Source: Candidatus Thalassarchaeaceae archaeon (GTDB taxonomy: Archaea; Thermoplasmatota; Poseidoniia; Poseidoniales; Thalassarchaeaceae). From it: a stretch of 64,000 bases of DNA. Location of the stretch: NCBI GenBank assembly GCA_030747475.1, contig JASLKO010000180.1, positions 31,631 through 95,630 on the forward strand, in the 5' to 3' direction. How positions within the stretch are numbered: the first letter of the stretch is position 1; each line of letters begins with the position of its first letter. The notes below the pieces were generated by a model that searched no databases, was not told where the DNA came from, and saw only the letters and a program-made list of their open reading frames with translations. This document shows, in pieces, positions 1-9,242 of the stretch. The translations under genes and the position numbers were made by a program.

Positions 1-1425
1 AAGCAGATATTGGTTGAGAGATTATTGAAAGAGGCGCCTAACGCCCCATCGTTTTCTACAGATGCAGAATTTGAATCGATGCTAGAGAACATGATGAGGA
101 AGCACACGAGAATCACTAGTGTTCCTGCCTCAATCAACGATGTCGTCACACCAGTGCGCCGCTTCCTCGGGTTAAACGACCCCCCCCTCAATGTTACAGA
201 ACAACAGATGGAACGATTGCAGTATACCGTGATTCGCGACCTCGTTCGTTCCGGGCCATTGGAAACTCTCCTATCCGATGAGATGCTGGAAGATATTCAC
301 GCCGTAGGCTTACGTTACATCAGTATGGATCACAAAGTGTTTGGAATGGTCACATCGAACATTCGATTCCGTGACCGTGAGATGTTGGAACGCTATCTTC
401 GAGCAATGTCTGAGCGCATCGGTCGACCCGTATCAGATAGCAAACCAATCATCGATGGCGCACTTCTTGACGGAAGCCGAATCAACATCATTTACTCAGA
501 TGACGTTTCGATGTTAGGATCATCGTTTACCATTCGTAAATTCGCAGAAGAGACCATCTCGATTACTCAACTGATTCAATGGGGAACGATGTCAGCAGAG
601 GTCGCAGCCTACGTTTGGTTATGCCTTGAAAATGGCATGTCTCTCCTTGTATCTGGAGAGACAGCATCAGGAAAAACAACAACGCTGAATGCGATTCTCC
701 CCTTTATTGATCACAACGTGAAAATCTATTCTGCAGAAGATACGCCTGAAGTGAAGGTACGACACCGATTGTGGCAGCGACTGGTGACTAGAGACTCCAA
801 GAATGAAGACTCTAGAGTCGAAATGTTCGACCTCCTAAAGGCCGCACTCAGAAGTCGCCCTCGCTACATTATCATCGGTGAGATTCGAGGTGCAGAGGGT
901 GCGACTGCATTCCAAGCAATGCAGACTGGTCACCCGGTGATTGCGACATTCCACGCTTCATCCATCGTCAAGATGATTCAACGTTTCACTGGCGATCCTA
1001 TCAACGTCCCCATGCGTTTCTTTGACAACCTTAATTTCGCAATTTTCCAAGAAGTTGTTGAGGCACCAGGTGGGGGAATCGCACGCCGAATTACAGGCAT
1101 TGACGAAGTCATTGGATACAACAAACATGCAGATGGTGTTCTCACTCGAGGTATGTTTGATTGGGACCCAGTTCGTGACAAACATTACTTCCGTGGTATG
1201 TTCCAATCTCATTTGATGGAAAATAAAATGGCTGCATTGATGGGTTTTGAGAACAAGCGCGACATCTACGAAGAAATGGCCCGGAGAACCGAAGCCCTCC
1301 AGCGAATGGTCGATCGAAATATCACTCACTATGATGATGTATTCGATTTACTCGATATTTACTATCAGCAAGACTGGGCGGCCTTTTCGAATGCAATTGA
1401 CATATGGGTACCAATTGAAGATTGA
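1..1425 (+). CDS. flaI: Archaellum/type IV pilus assembly ATPase (FlaI/ArlI family), 5'-truncated by window edge
   Basis: Walker A GETASGKTT, AEDTPE Asp box, LRSRPRYIIIGEIRG Walker B, MQTGH...TFHA His box; frame is open from base 1; followed by a FlaJ-like gene. Confidence 0.88.
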   Translation, partial: KQILVERLLKEAPNAPSFSTDAEFESMLENMMRKHTRITSVPASINDVVTPVRRFLGLNDPPLNVTEQQMERLQYTVIRDLVRSGPLETLLSDEMLEDIHAVGLRYISMDHKVFGMVTSNIRFRDREMLERYLRAMSERIGRPVSDSKPIIDGALLDGSRINIIYSDDVSMLGSSFTIRKFAEETISITQLIQWGTMSAEVAAYVWLCLENGMSLLVSGETASGKTTTLNAILPFIDHNVKIYSAEDTPEVKVRHRLWQRLVTRDSKNEDSRVEMFDLLKAALRSRPRYIIIGEIRGAEGATAFQAMQTGHPVIATFHASSIVKMIQRFTGDPINVPMRFFDNLNFAIFQEVVEAPGGGIARRITGIDEVIGYNKHADGVLTRGMFDWDPVRDKHYFRGMFQSHLMENKMAALMGFENKRDIYEEMARRTEALQRMVDRNITHYDDVFDLLDIYYQQDWAAFSNAIDIWVPIED

Positions 1426-1436
1426 GGTGATGATGG

Positions 1437-3230
1437 ATGGAGCGCCTACCACTATACCAAATCGCTTTCAGAAGAATGGAGGTCCCACTCGGTGAATATG
1501 GCATTAAAATCGTCTTACCTGCATTTGTTGGTGGCCTACTGTTATCTCTCACACTCTACTTCACCCTAGGCTCGTTTTTTATTGGAGCATCTGGCATCGC
1601 GTTACTCATTTTATTCCCCCTTGTATCGACCTTCGCCGCCATCTCTTGGCCGATTATTCAGACTTTACGAGAGGCAGTCCTGATTGAGAAAGAAATGCAC
1701 ATGTTCATCACTCGAATGGGTATTCTAAGTATCGGGGAAGTCACATCACAATCGATGTTCGATATCTTACGCCAGATGAGTGATTACGGCGCTCTGGCCA
1801 AGGAGGTCAAGGCGATTGAAACCCTCGTTGAAAGATGGCACACAAGCCTACCAGAAGCATCCAGAATCATTGGTCGTCAAAGCCCGTCACCCATCTGGGG
1901 CGATTTCCTAGATCGAATGGCATTCTCTGTTGAGGCAGGACAACCAATTGATGAATTCATGAAAGCAGAACAGAAAACATTTGCAAAGGAATTCGACACA
2001 CTCTATGACACCCGTCTTGAATCCATTGACATGCTCAAAGAAATTTACATTTCTTTGACCACAACAGGCATCTTTGGGTTGGTCGTAGCAGGCATCCATC
2101 TGGTGTTGTTTGTCACAGATGATATCGGTTCATCACCACTAGAAATCATGGTTAGGATTCGTTGGGTTCTGTTGGCTGCATTGTTGTTTGTTATCATGCA
2201 AATTGGAATGCTGGTTGCCTTTCGTTCAATCGTACCCGATGATCCAATTTTTGGCAGGCACGAGTTTGAAACAAGATTCCGCATCCGTTCCCGCCAAACA
2301 TGGCTTACTGCAGGAAGTATGGGTCTGCCCATCATCGTATCTACAATCGTTGTTGCAATCCTCTATGGTGACATCCTCGCCTCCTCCTGGGATAAGTATG
2401 GCCTTGTCCTCGTGGCCTTCATTTTCACTCCCTTCATCGTGCCCGGATTTACGGCCTCGCGTGAGGAAAAGGGCATCATGAGGCGTGACGAATCATATCC
2501 TGGATTCATCAGAGCATTGGGGGGAACCGCCCAAGCTCGTGCATCCGAACCATCTGCTACGATTAAGGCACTCCGGGGCATTGATTTTGGTTCTCTTAAT
2601 GATTCAATCGCCAGTCTTGAAAGTCGTTTGATGTTACGAATTGATTCTGAACGTAGTTGGGATTGGTTTTCTGCAGAAGTAAACTCCTCGATGGTTTCGC
2701 GATTTAATCGAATTTATTTGGAAGGTGCCCAAGCGAGTGGAGAACCCGCCGCAGTCGCAGATTTGGTGAGCCAAAATACAACCAATCTTCTGTCATTACG
2801 TCGTCGCAGAGCACTGTCTGCCAGCACCATGAATGGCGTTGCATACGGTTTACTGGTGGCAACAATTGTTTCATTCAACATCGCTATCGCAGTCGTATTC
2901 CAATTAGGTACGAACGTCGCAGGAGTTGCCCAAGGAATGGAGAACATGGACTTCGGTGAAATCACCACAAATGCTGGGGGTTTGGGTCTTCCAGTGCTTG
3001 AAGATGCAGGAGGGGTGGAAGACAATATCGCTGTGTTCAAAATCATTACATCCATCCTGATTGTATTCATGGTTCTCATTCTCTCATCTGTTGCCTCTAG
3101 ATTACGAGGCGGGGGCTTAGCACTCACGTTAGGACAAGTATCCACAATGATGTGGGTGGCTGCACTTACCAGCCTCATCACAGGCGTATTACTAGAGTCT
3201 ACATTGGGTGCTTTCTTCACTTCGACCTAG
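1437..3230 (+). CDS. flaJ: Archaellum/pilus membrane platform protein (FlaJ/ArlJ, T2SS-F family)
   Basis: Multi-pass membrane protein with two cytoplasmic T2SS-F-like segments (SPSPIWGDFLDRMAFS; DESYPGFIRALG); GAGGTGA RBS; directly downstream of the ATPase. Confidence 0.82.
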   Translation: MERLPLYQIAFRRMEVPLGEYGIKIVLPAFVGGLLLSLTLYFTLGSFFIGASGIALLILFPLVSTFAAISWPIIQTLREAVLIEKEMHMFITRMGILSIGEVTSQSMFDILRQMSDYGALAKEVKAIETLVERWHTSLPEASRIIGRQSPSPIWGDFLDRMAFSVEAGQPIDEFMKAEQKTFAKEFDTLYDTRLESIDMLKEIYISLTTTGIFGLVVAGIHLVLFVTDDIGSSPLEIMVRIRWVLLAALLFVIMQIGMLVAFRSIVPDDPIFGRHEFETRFRIRSRQTWLTAGSMGLPIIVSTIVVAILYGDILASSWDKYGLVLVAFIFTPFIVPGFTASREEKGIMRRDESYPGFIRALGGTAQARASEPSATIKALRGIDFGSLNDSIASLESRLMLRIDSERSWDWFSAEVNSSMVSRFNRIYLEGAQASGEPAAVADLVSQNTTNLLSLRRRRALSASTMNGVAYGLLVATIVSFNIAIAVVFQLGTNVAGVAQGMENMDFGEITTNAGGLGLPVLEDAGGVEDNIAVFKIITSILIVFMVLILSSVASRLRGGGLALTLGQVSTMMWVAALTSLITGVLLESTLGAFFTST

Positions 3231-3303
3231 AAAATGACAGACACAACGCCTTTGAGTGATTGATGCAGCCGGATGGTCGCACTAAGTAGGAGGGTGGGCC
3301 ACT

Positions 3304-4629
3304 TTGCAGCAACTTTTTGATGAATTATCAACCGTGAAAGATTGGGCAGAAACTCTTCCAATTTATGGAAGAATTGGCATATGCATTGGCCTCAGCCTCC
3401 TGCTTTTCGGATTTACGAAATTTATATTGTTGAAAAAATTTGGAGATTTTGTAAACAAAACAAAGGTTGGTTGGGACAACGATCTATTCGCCCCCATTTC
3501 GTCGCGAACTCTTGCATTTTGTGCAGTCATCTGTATCAACGGTAGTTTGGCATGGTTATCTCCCACTGCATTAGAGACTAGTTTTCACATTTTGAACGTG
3601 GCATATATTCTCATTTTCACAAGTATGGTCAGTAGTACAATCAGTGTGATTACACCCCCATTCATGGCTTGGCTTAACTCAAATAGCCTAGGCGTTGCAG
3701 TCACTGGTCGAAATCACTTCGTTAGTGGATTTGCACGAATACTTGTTTGGGCATTTGGAATTTACTTGATGCTTGATGAATTGAAATTGGAGTTAACCGG
3801 ATTGTTGGCCTCCATGGCCGTATTTTCATTGATTGCCGGATTGGCTTTACAACAGACTCTCGGTAACATTCTGAACTCATTTCTACTTGCGATGGACAGA
3901 CCATTCGATGTTGGTGATCGAATCGAAGTCGATGGAATAGAGGGCAAAGTAGTCTCAACCGGTATTCTCTCCACCAAGGTTTTGACATGGTCCGAAGAAT
4001 TAGTCATCATCCCGAACAACACCTTGGTGTCAAGCACCATCGTAAACAAAGCTCGGGGTGGTGGCGATGGCGTTCCAAAGCGATTGAACCTCCTGATCGA
4101 TGTCAGTGTGGCCTATGATGAGGACCCACCCCATGTCAAGCAGGTATTGAGTGAAGTCGCTCAAAGTTGCCCTTACACTCTAGACACACCAATTTCCAGA
4201 GCACTCCTCATACGCCTGGGAGATTACTCCATCGATTTCCGATTATACACATGGATTTCCGATTATTCTGATGAATGGCCAGCACGAGACTGGATTATGC
4301 AGACGATGACAGACAGATTCCGTGAAGAAGGCATTGTCATCCCTTATCCGATTAATATCGAACTCAAATCCCAACCATCTGGACAGAAAAATCGAAGTGG
4401 AAATCATGAACTTACGTATCGACGTAAGGCGGCAAGACAGCAAACTGCGCGACTACAAATGGCTAGAGCAGATGAAGTACATCGAGAGGAAAGAGAATCA
4501 GTTAAGACTGAAATTGAGTGGCTTGAAGAACAGTTGTCAGACACATCTTTGGGAACTCGAGAGAAGGATAAGATACGCGCTGAAATTTCAGCACTTGCCT
4601 CCACTCTAGACATGTTTGATGGCGACTAA
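3304..4629 (+). CDS. mscS: Small-conductance mechanosensitive channel (MscS family) with C-terminal coiled-coil extension
   Basis: GLALQQTLGN...DRPFDVGDRIEV...IPNN signature after several TM helices. Confidence 0.9.
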   Translation: MQQLFDELSTVKDWAETLPIYGRIGICIGLSLLLFGFTKFILLKKFGDFVNKTKVGWDNDLFAPISSRTLAFCAVICINGSLAWLSPTALETSFHILNVAYILIFTSMVSSTISVITPPFMAWLNSNSLGVAVTGRNHFVSGFARILVWAFGIYLMLDELKLELTGLLASMAVFSLIAGLALQQTLGNILNSFLLAMDRPFDVGDRIEVDGIEGKVVSTGILSTKVLTWSEELVIIPNNTLVSSTIVNKARGGGDGVPKRLNLLIDVSVAYDEDPPHVKQVLSEVAQSCPYTLDTPISRALLIRLGDYSIDFRLYTWISDYSDEWPARDWIMQTMTDRFREEGIVIPYPINIELKSQPSGQKNRSGNHELTYRRKAARQQTARLQMARADEVHREERESVKTEIEWLEEQLSDTSLGTREKDKIRAEISALASTLDMFDGD

Positions 4630-4635
4630 ATATCT

Positions 4636-4652
4636 CACCGCCGTAGGCGGTG
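4636..4652. promoter_or_regulatory. Perfect GC-rich inverted repeat (terminator of mscS or operator of the next gene)
   Basis: CACCGCC-GTA-GGCGGTG between the mscS stop and a TTTAAT box about 30 nt upstream of ATG 4691. Confidence 0.45.
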
Positions 4653-4690
4653 TAGTTTAATTGCAAGATATCCTCCGCGACCTGATACCC

Positions 4691-7600
4691 ATGAACCAGT
4701 TTCGAACAACCCTCATTTTGAGTAGTCTCTTGGTATTGATGTCATGTATTGCATTTTTCAGTACAGAAATTAGTAATGATGAATCAATGCAATTACAACA
4801 AAATGAAATTCTAGAACAGTCAGGAACAGCAAATATTCCAGGTTTACAATCTGGATCAATCTTCACCGATGACACCCTCGCATTGGGTCCTGAACACACT
4901 TGTGCAATACTTGCCAATGAGAGCATGTATTGTTGGGGAGCCAATTCCTATGGACAGTTGGGAATCGGCTCAACAACACCTTCGCCAATCCCTACTGAGG
5001 TATCCTTCACCAATCCAGGGGGCGTCATTTCTCTATTCCCTCTCAGTGTTTCAACTGGTCAATACCATACCTGTGCTGTGTTGAATGACGGTTCAGTACA
5101 ATGTTGGGGAGACAATGTCTACGGACAGCTTGGAGATGGGACCAATATTTCGAAATCATCACCAGTAGGGATTGACCTCGGTGTGAATCGCAGTGCAGTG
5201 ATGGTTGGAGTCGGTAAGACACACACCTGCGCAGTTTTGGATGATGCTAGCGTATCTTGTTGGGGCTACAACATCCATGGCCAACTTGGAGATGGTACCA
5301 TTGTTCCCCAATCATCACCTACACCGATTGATTTGGGCCAAAACCGAAGCGCAGTATCGATTTCATTAGGAGAATCCCACACCTGTGCAATCCTCGATGA
5401 TAGTGCCCTGAAATGCTGGGGTTACAACAACCATGGCCAACTTGGAGATGGCACATTCAGTTCTAGAAATACGCCTACTGACGTTAGTTTAGGAAGTGAT
5501 ATCGCAGTCGCAGTCTCGACTGGACGCCATCATACCTGTGCAGTCTTGGACGACGCCACAGTTTCATGTTGGGGTTGGAACGACCGAGGACAACTGGGTG
5601 ACGGAACCACGAGTGAACAACCTTCAGCTACTGAAGTAACCATCGATCGAGACGCCATCGCAATTTCAACTGGCGATCGCCATAGCTGTACGATTCTGGA
5701 CAATGGAAGTGCAATGTGTTGGGGCTACAATATGTTCGGCCAACTTGGTGCAGGGAATACTGCAGACACATCAATCCCTGAATACGTGGATTTCACCAAC
5801 AGAGTGCTGAATATCGTTGGCATCGTTGGAGGGACACACCACTCCTGTGCCGTGCTTAGCGACGGCACTCTCTATTGTTGGGGGGCAAACAATGAGGGCC
5901 AACTAGGAGATGACTCAACAACAAGTACCAATTCACCGAATGCAGCCGTTGCAAGTTTGATTCTTGAATTAGACGACAGGGACCGTGACAATGATGCGAC
6001 ACTCGATATTTTCGATACGCATATCTCTGGTGATGAGGATGGAGACGGTGTACCAACACCTACAGACCTCTATCCAACGAATCCCGCCCGCTCTGAATCC
6101 TGTAGTGCCGGTTTTTACGGCCGATATTCATGTGAAGAGGCAGATGCAGGCTATTATGCAGAAGAAGGCTCAATCGTTCAGATTCGCTGTACTGCTGGAA
6201 CATATCAACCTAATACTGGTCAAAGCGATTGCCTCGATGCAGACATGGGGCACCGTGTTGCAGAAGACGGCTCAACATCTCAGGATGCATGCGACATTGG
6301 GCAATATCAAGCATTAACTGGACAGACTACATGTGATGATGCAAGTCCAGGATATTTCGTTGATTCAATAGGAGCAAGTACACAAAATCCGTGTGAGATT
6401 GGCAGTTATCAATCCAACTCAGGTCAATCGTCATGCATTGACGCAACGCCAGGAAATTACGTTGATGCCCCAGCCTCTGCAAGTCAAACGCCATGTTCCC
6501 CTGGCACTTACAACCCAAACTCATCATCGAATGCTAGTTCAGCCTGCCTTGATGCAGATCTAGGAAATTATGTCAACCAATTTGGAAGCAGTTCTCAAAC
6601 AACAGCCTCCCCCGGATATTTCGTTGATACCACCGGATCTACTGGCCAGACACCTTGTTCACCGGGTTCCTACAATCCAGATGCTGGTTCAAACAATAGT
6701 TCTGCGTGTCTAACAGCGGACCTTGGATACTATGTGAGTCAATCAGGCAGCTCATCTCAAACAGCAGCATCCTCAGGATACTATGTTGATTCGACGGGTG
6801 CAACTTCGCAGACACCTTGTAATCCGGGCCGCTACAATCCTTGGCCGGCTTCCACTTCGGAAACAGCATGCCTCTTTGCGGACATGGGCCACTATGTGAG
6901 TCAATCAGGCAGCTCATCTCAAACTCCAGCATCAGCAGGTCACTATGTACAATCCACGGGGGCGACTTCACAAATTGCTTGTTTACCAGGTACCTACAAC
7001 CCAGCGACAGCATCAACAGACGCTTCAGATTGTCTTGATGCAGACGCTGGTTATTATGTGAGCGCGTCAGGACGAGCATCCCAAACACCAGCATCTCCAG
7101 GACATTATGTCGATACGACGGGAGCGACTTCACAAATTGCTTGTTTACCAGGTACCTACAACCCTTCCTCAGCATCAGATGACGCCTCCGCATGTATCGA
7201 TGCAGATTTCGGCTATTATGTGAGCGCGTCAGGACGAGCATCCCAAACACCAGCATCAACAGGTCACTACGTTGACACAACCGGTGCAACAGGTCAGACA
7301 CCTTGCCAAGCGGGTACTTACAACCCTAGCACTGCATCCAGTTCAATGGCAGATTGTCAATCTGCAGACCCTGGATCCAAAGCGCCCAATTCAGGAATGG
7401 GCAACCAGATTTCTTGTTCTCCTGGCACATACCAACCGAATTCAGGACAACTATCCTGTTTGGATGCTGATCCTGGACACTACGTAAGTGGGGCTGGTCA
7501 CTCTGACCAATCCCCTTGCCCTGCTGGAACTTACAGCAACGCTAGCGCAACAACCTCGTGCTTGCCAACACCGACTAATACTTACACGGAAGGAACTGGA

Positions 7601-9238
7601 AACATCAATCCAACAAATTGTCCATCCGGAACCGCAACGATATCTCATTCATCCACATCTCTCGCAGATTGTTTGAATGACTCAGATGATGATGGAATTC
7701 CAAATCAAATTGATACCGATGATGACAATGATGGTGTCAATGACATCAATGATGCCTTCCCAACCAATCCTACAGAAACGGTGGATACTGACAATGATGG
7801 ATCAGGAGATAACGCTGACCCAGATGATGATGGAGATGGAGTAATCGACACAATGGATCCATTCCCGATGGATGGTAGTGAATGGGTTGACACTGATGAT
7901 GATGGAATTGGTGACAATACAGACACTGATGATGATGGAGATGATTGGAGTGACAGTGATGAAAATACCTGTGGCAGTGACCCATTAGATGCCTCAAATG
8001 AACCGGTAGACACAGATTCTGATATGATTTGTGACGTTATGGACGGAGATGACGATGGAGACATGATTGTTGATGCAAACGACATTTGCCCAGGTCATGA
8101 TGATACATTAGATTGGGATGACGACGGTATTCCAGATGGATGCGACAATGACATGGATCTTGATGGAGATGGAATTACCAATAATGCGGATGAATGTGAT
8201 TTCACACCTCTTGCTGAGATTAATCAAATTGATGAGGATGGTTGCGGGCCAACAGAAAGTGGCGATGACGACCATGACAGTATTCCAAATGCCCTTGACA
8301 TGTGCCCTGACACCCCAAGTAATGAAGTTCCAAACACCTCAGGTTGTGGTGCATCTCAACGAGATTCAGACGGGGATGGTTGGACCGATTCATCAGAACA
8401 AAATTGTGGCCATGATTATCTGAACGCTAACGATGTCCCTAACGAATCCTGCGAAGCGGGCTCAACAGATCCCAGCACAGGTGATGGAAGCGATTTCAGT
8501 TGTTGGATCATACTCATCTTGTTGCTAATTGCAGTCCTCGGTATCATGATGTTATTGGCAGCAACGCGAGATGAAGAAGGCAAGATTACATTCAATGTGA
8601 CCAGTTTCAAGACGTCATGGCAACAGATGGTCGAGAAGGTCAAGGGAGAGGATGATGATGACCCCTTCGCAAATCTAGAGGGGGGGGGCACACCGAGCAA
8701 ATCTGCCGTCGATGATTGGGACGATGATCCACCACCCTTTGTTCCGAAGATGGAAGAAGAAGTGGAAGAAGAAGCCTCGGATCAGTCCGGTGCTGATGCC
8801 AAGATGGCTGAGATGGATGCCAAGATGGCTGAGATGGATGCCAAGATGGCTGAGATGACAGAAAAGGAAGTTCAACTTGCACGAATCGCGGAGAAGGCAA
8901 AAGAGATTGATTTCGCTACAATCGGAATGGCTACTGCCGACGATAAAAGTGATTTGAAGACAATCAAAGGAATTGGACCATTCCTTGAAGAGAAACTGAA
9001 CGCATTGGGCATCTTCACTTTAACACAGGTTGCGAATATGACTCCAGAAATTGAGGAACAGGTAAACGAGGCAATCGAGTTCTTCCCAGGTCGTATTAAG
9101 AGAGACAAGTGGGTCAGTCAGGCCACTGATATCTCAAGCGATGATGAGATTACAGAGATGGCTGAATCCATCTTGACCGATGAGAAATCTGATGGTACAG
9201 AAAAAGACATCTTCTCAGATGATGTTGATTGGGAGTGA
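4691..9238 (+). CDS. Large single-pass surface protein: RCC1 propeller, Cys-rich ephrin-receptor-like (GCC2/GCC3-type) repeats, TSP3 Ca-binding repeats, TM helix, cytoplasmic HhH-like domain
   Basis: Seven HTCA..D.S..CWG.N..GQLG repeats; CxxGxY repeats; DxDxDG repeats; TM CWIILILLLIAVLGIMMLLA; C-terminal DLKTIKGIGP...GRIKRDKWVSQA. Start placed at ATG 4691 (TATA-like box upstream, signal peptide follows). Confidence 0.85.
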   Translation: MNQFRTTLILSSLLVLMSCIAFFSTEISNDESMQLQQNEILEQSGTANIPGLQSGSIFTDDTLALGPEHTCAILANESMYCWGANSYGQLGIGSTTPSPIPTEVSFTNPGGVISLFPLSVSTGQYHTCAVLNDGSVQCWGDNVYGQLGDGTNISKSSPVGIDLGVNRSAVMVGVGKTHTCAVLDDASVSCWGYNIHGQLGDGTIVPQSSPTPIDLGQNRSAVSISLGESHTCAILDDSALKCWGYNNHGQLGDGTFSSRNTPTDVSLGSDIAVAVSTGRHHTCAVLDDATVSCWGWNDRGQLGDGTTSEQPSATEVTIDRDAIAISTGDRHSCTILDNGSAMCWGYNMFGQLGAGNTADTSIPEYVDFTNRVLNIVGIVGGTHHSCAVLSDGTLYCWGANNEGQLGDDSTTSTNSPNAAVASLILELDDRDRDNDATLDIFDTHISGDEDGDGVPTPTDLYPTNPARSESCSAGFYGRYSCEEADAGYYAEEGSIVQIRCTAGTYQPNTGQSDCLDADMGHRVAEDGSTSQDACDIGQYQALTGQTTCDDASPGYFVDSIGASTQNPCEIGSYQSNSGQSSCIDATPGNYVDAPASASQTPCSPGTYNPNSSSNASSACLDADLGNYVNQFGSSSQTTASPGYFVDTTGSTGQTPCSPGSYNPDAGSNNSSACLTADLGYYVSQSGSSSQTAASSGYYVDSTGATSQTPCNPGRYNPWPASTSETACLFADMGHYVSQSGSSSQTPASAGHYVQSTGATSQIACLPGTYNPATASTDASDCLDADAGYYVSASGRASQTPASPGHYVDTTGATSQIACLPGTYNPSSASDDASACIDADFGYYVSASGRASQTPASTGHYVDTTGATGQTPCQAGTYNPSTASSSMADCQSADPGSKAPNSGMGNQISCSPGTYQPNSGQLSCLDADPGHYVSGAGHSDQSPCPAGTYSNASATTSCLPTPTNTYTEGTGNINPTNCPSGTATISHSSTSLADCLNDSDDDGIPNQIDTDDDNDGVNDINDAFPTNPTETVDTDNDGSGDNADPDDDGDGVIDTMDPFPMDGSEWVDTDDDGIGDNTDTDDDGDDWSDSDENTCGSDPLDASNEPVDTDSDMICDVMDGDDDGDMIVDANDICPGHDDTLDWDDDGIPDGCDNDMDLDGDGITNNADECDFTPLAEINQIDEDGCGPTESGDDDHDSIPNALDMCPDTPSNEVPNTSGCGASQRDSDGDGWTDSSEQNCGHDYLNANDVPNESCEAGSTDPSTGDGSDFSCWIILILLLIAVLGIMMLLAATRDEEGKITFNVTSFKTSWQQMVEKVKGEDDDDPFANLEGGGTPSKSAVDDWDDDPPPFVPKMEEEVEEEASDQSGADAKMAEMDAKMAEMDAKMAEMTEKEVQLARIAEKAKEIDFATIGMATADDKSDLKTIKGIGPFLEEKLNALGIFTLTQVANMTPEIEEQVNEAIEFFPGRIKRDKWVSQATDISSDDEITEMAESILTDEKSDGTEKDIFSDDVDWE
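6480..7330 (+). repeat. Intragenic 162-nt tandem repeats (54-aa Cys-rich unit)
   Basis: Identical stretches of 30-45 nt recur 162 nt apart, e.g. TATGTGAGTCAATCAGGCAGCTCATCTCAAAC at 6731 and 6893. Confidence 0.8.
8795..8857 (+). repeat. Perfect 21-nt tandem repeat x3 encoding the heptad DAKMAEM
   Basis: (GATGCCAAGATGGCTGAGATG)3 read directly. Confidence 0.95.
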
Positions 9239-9242
9239 TATA

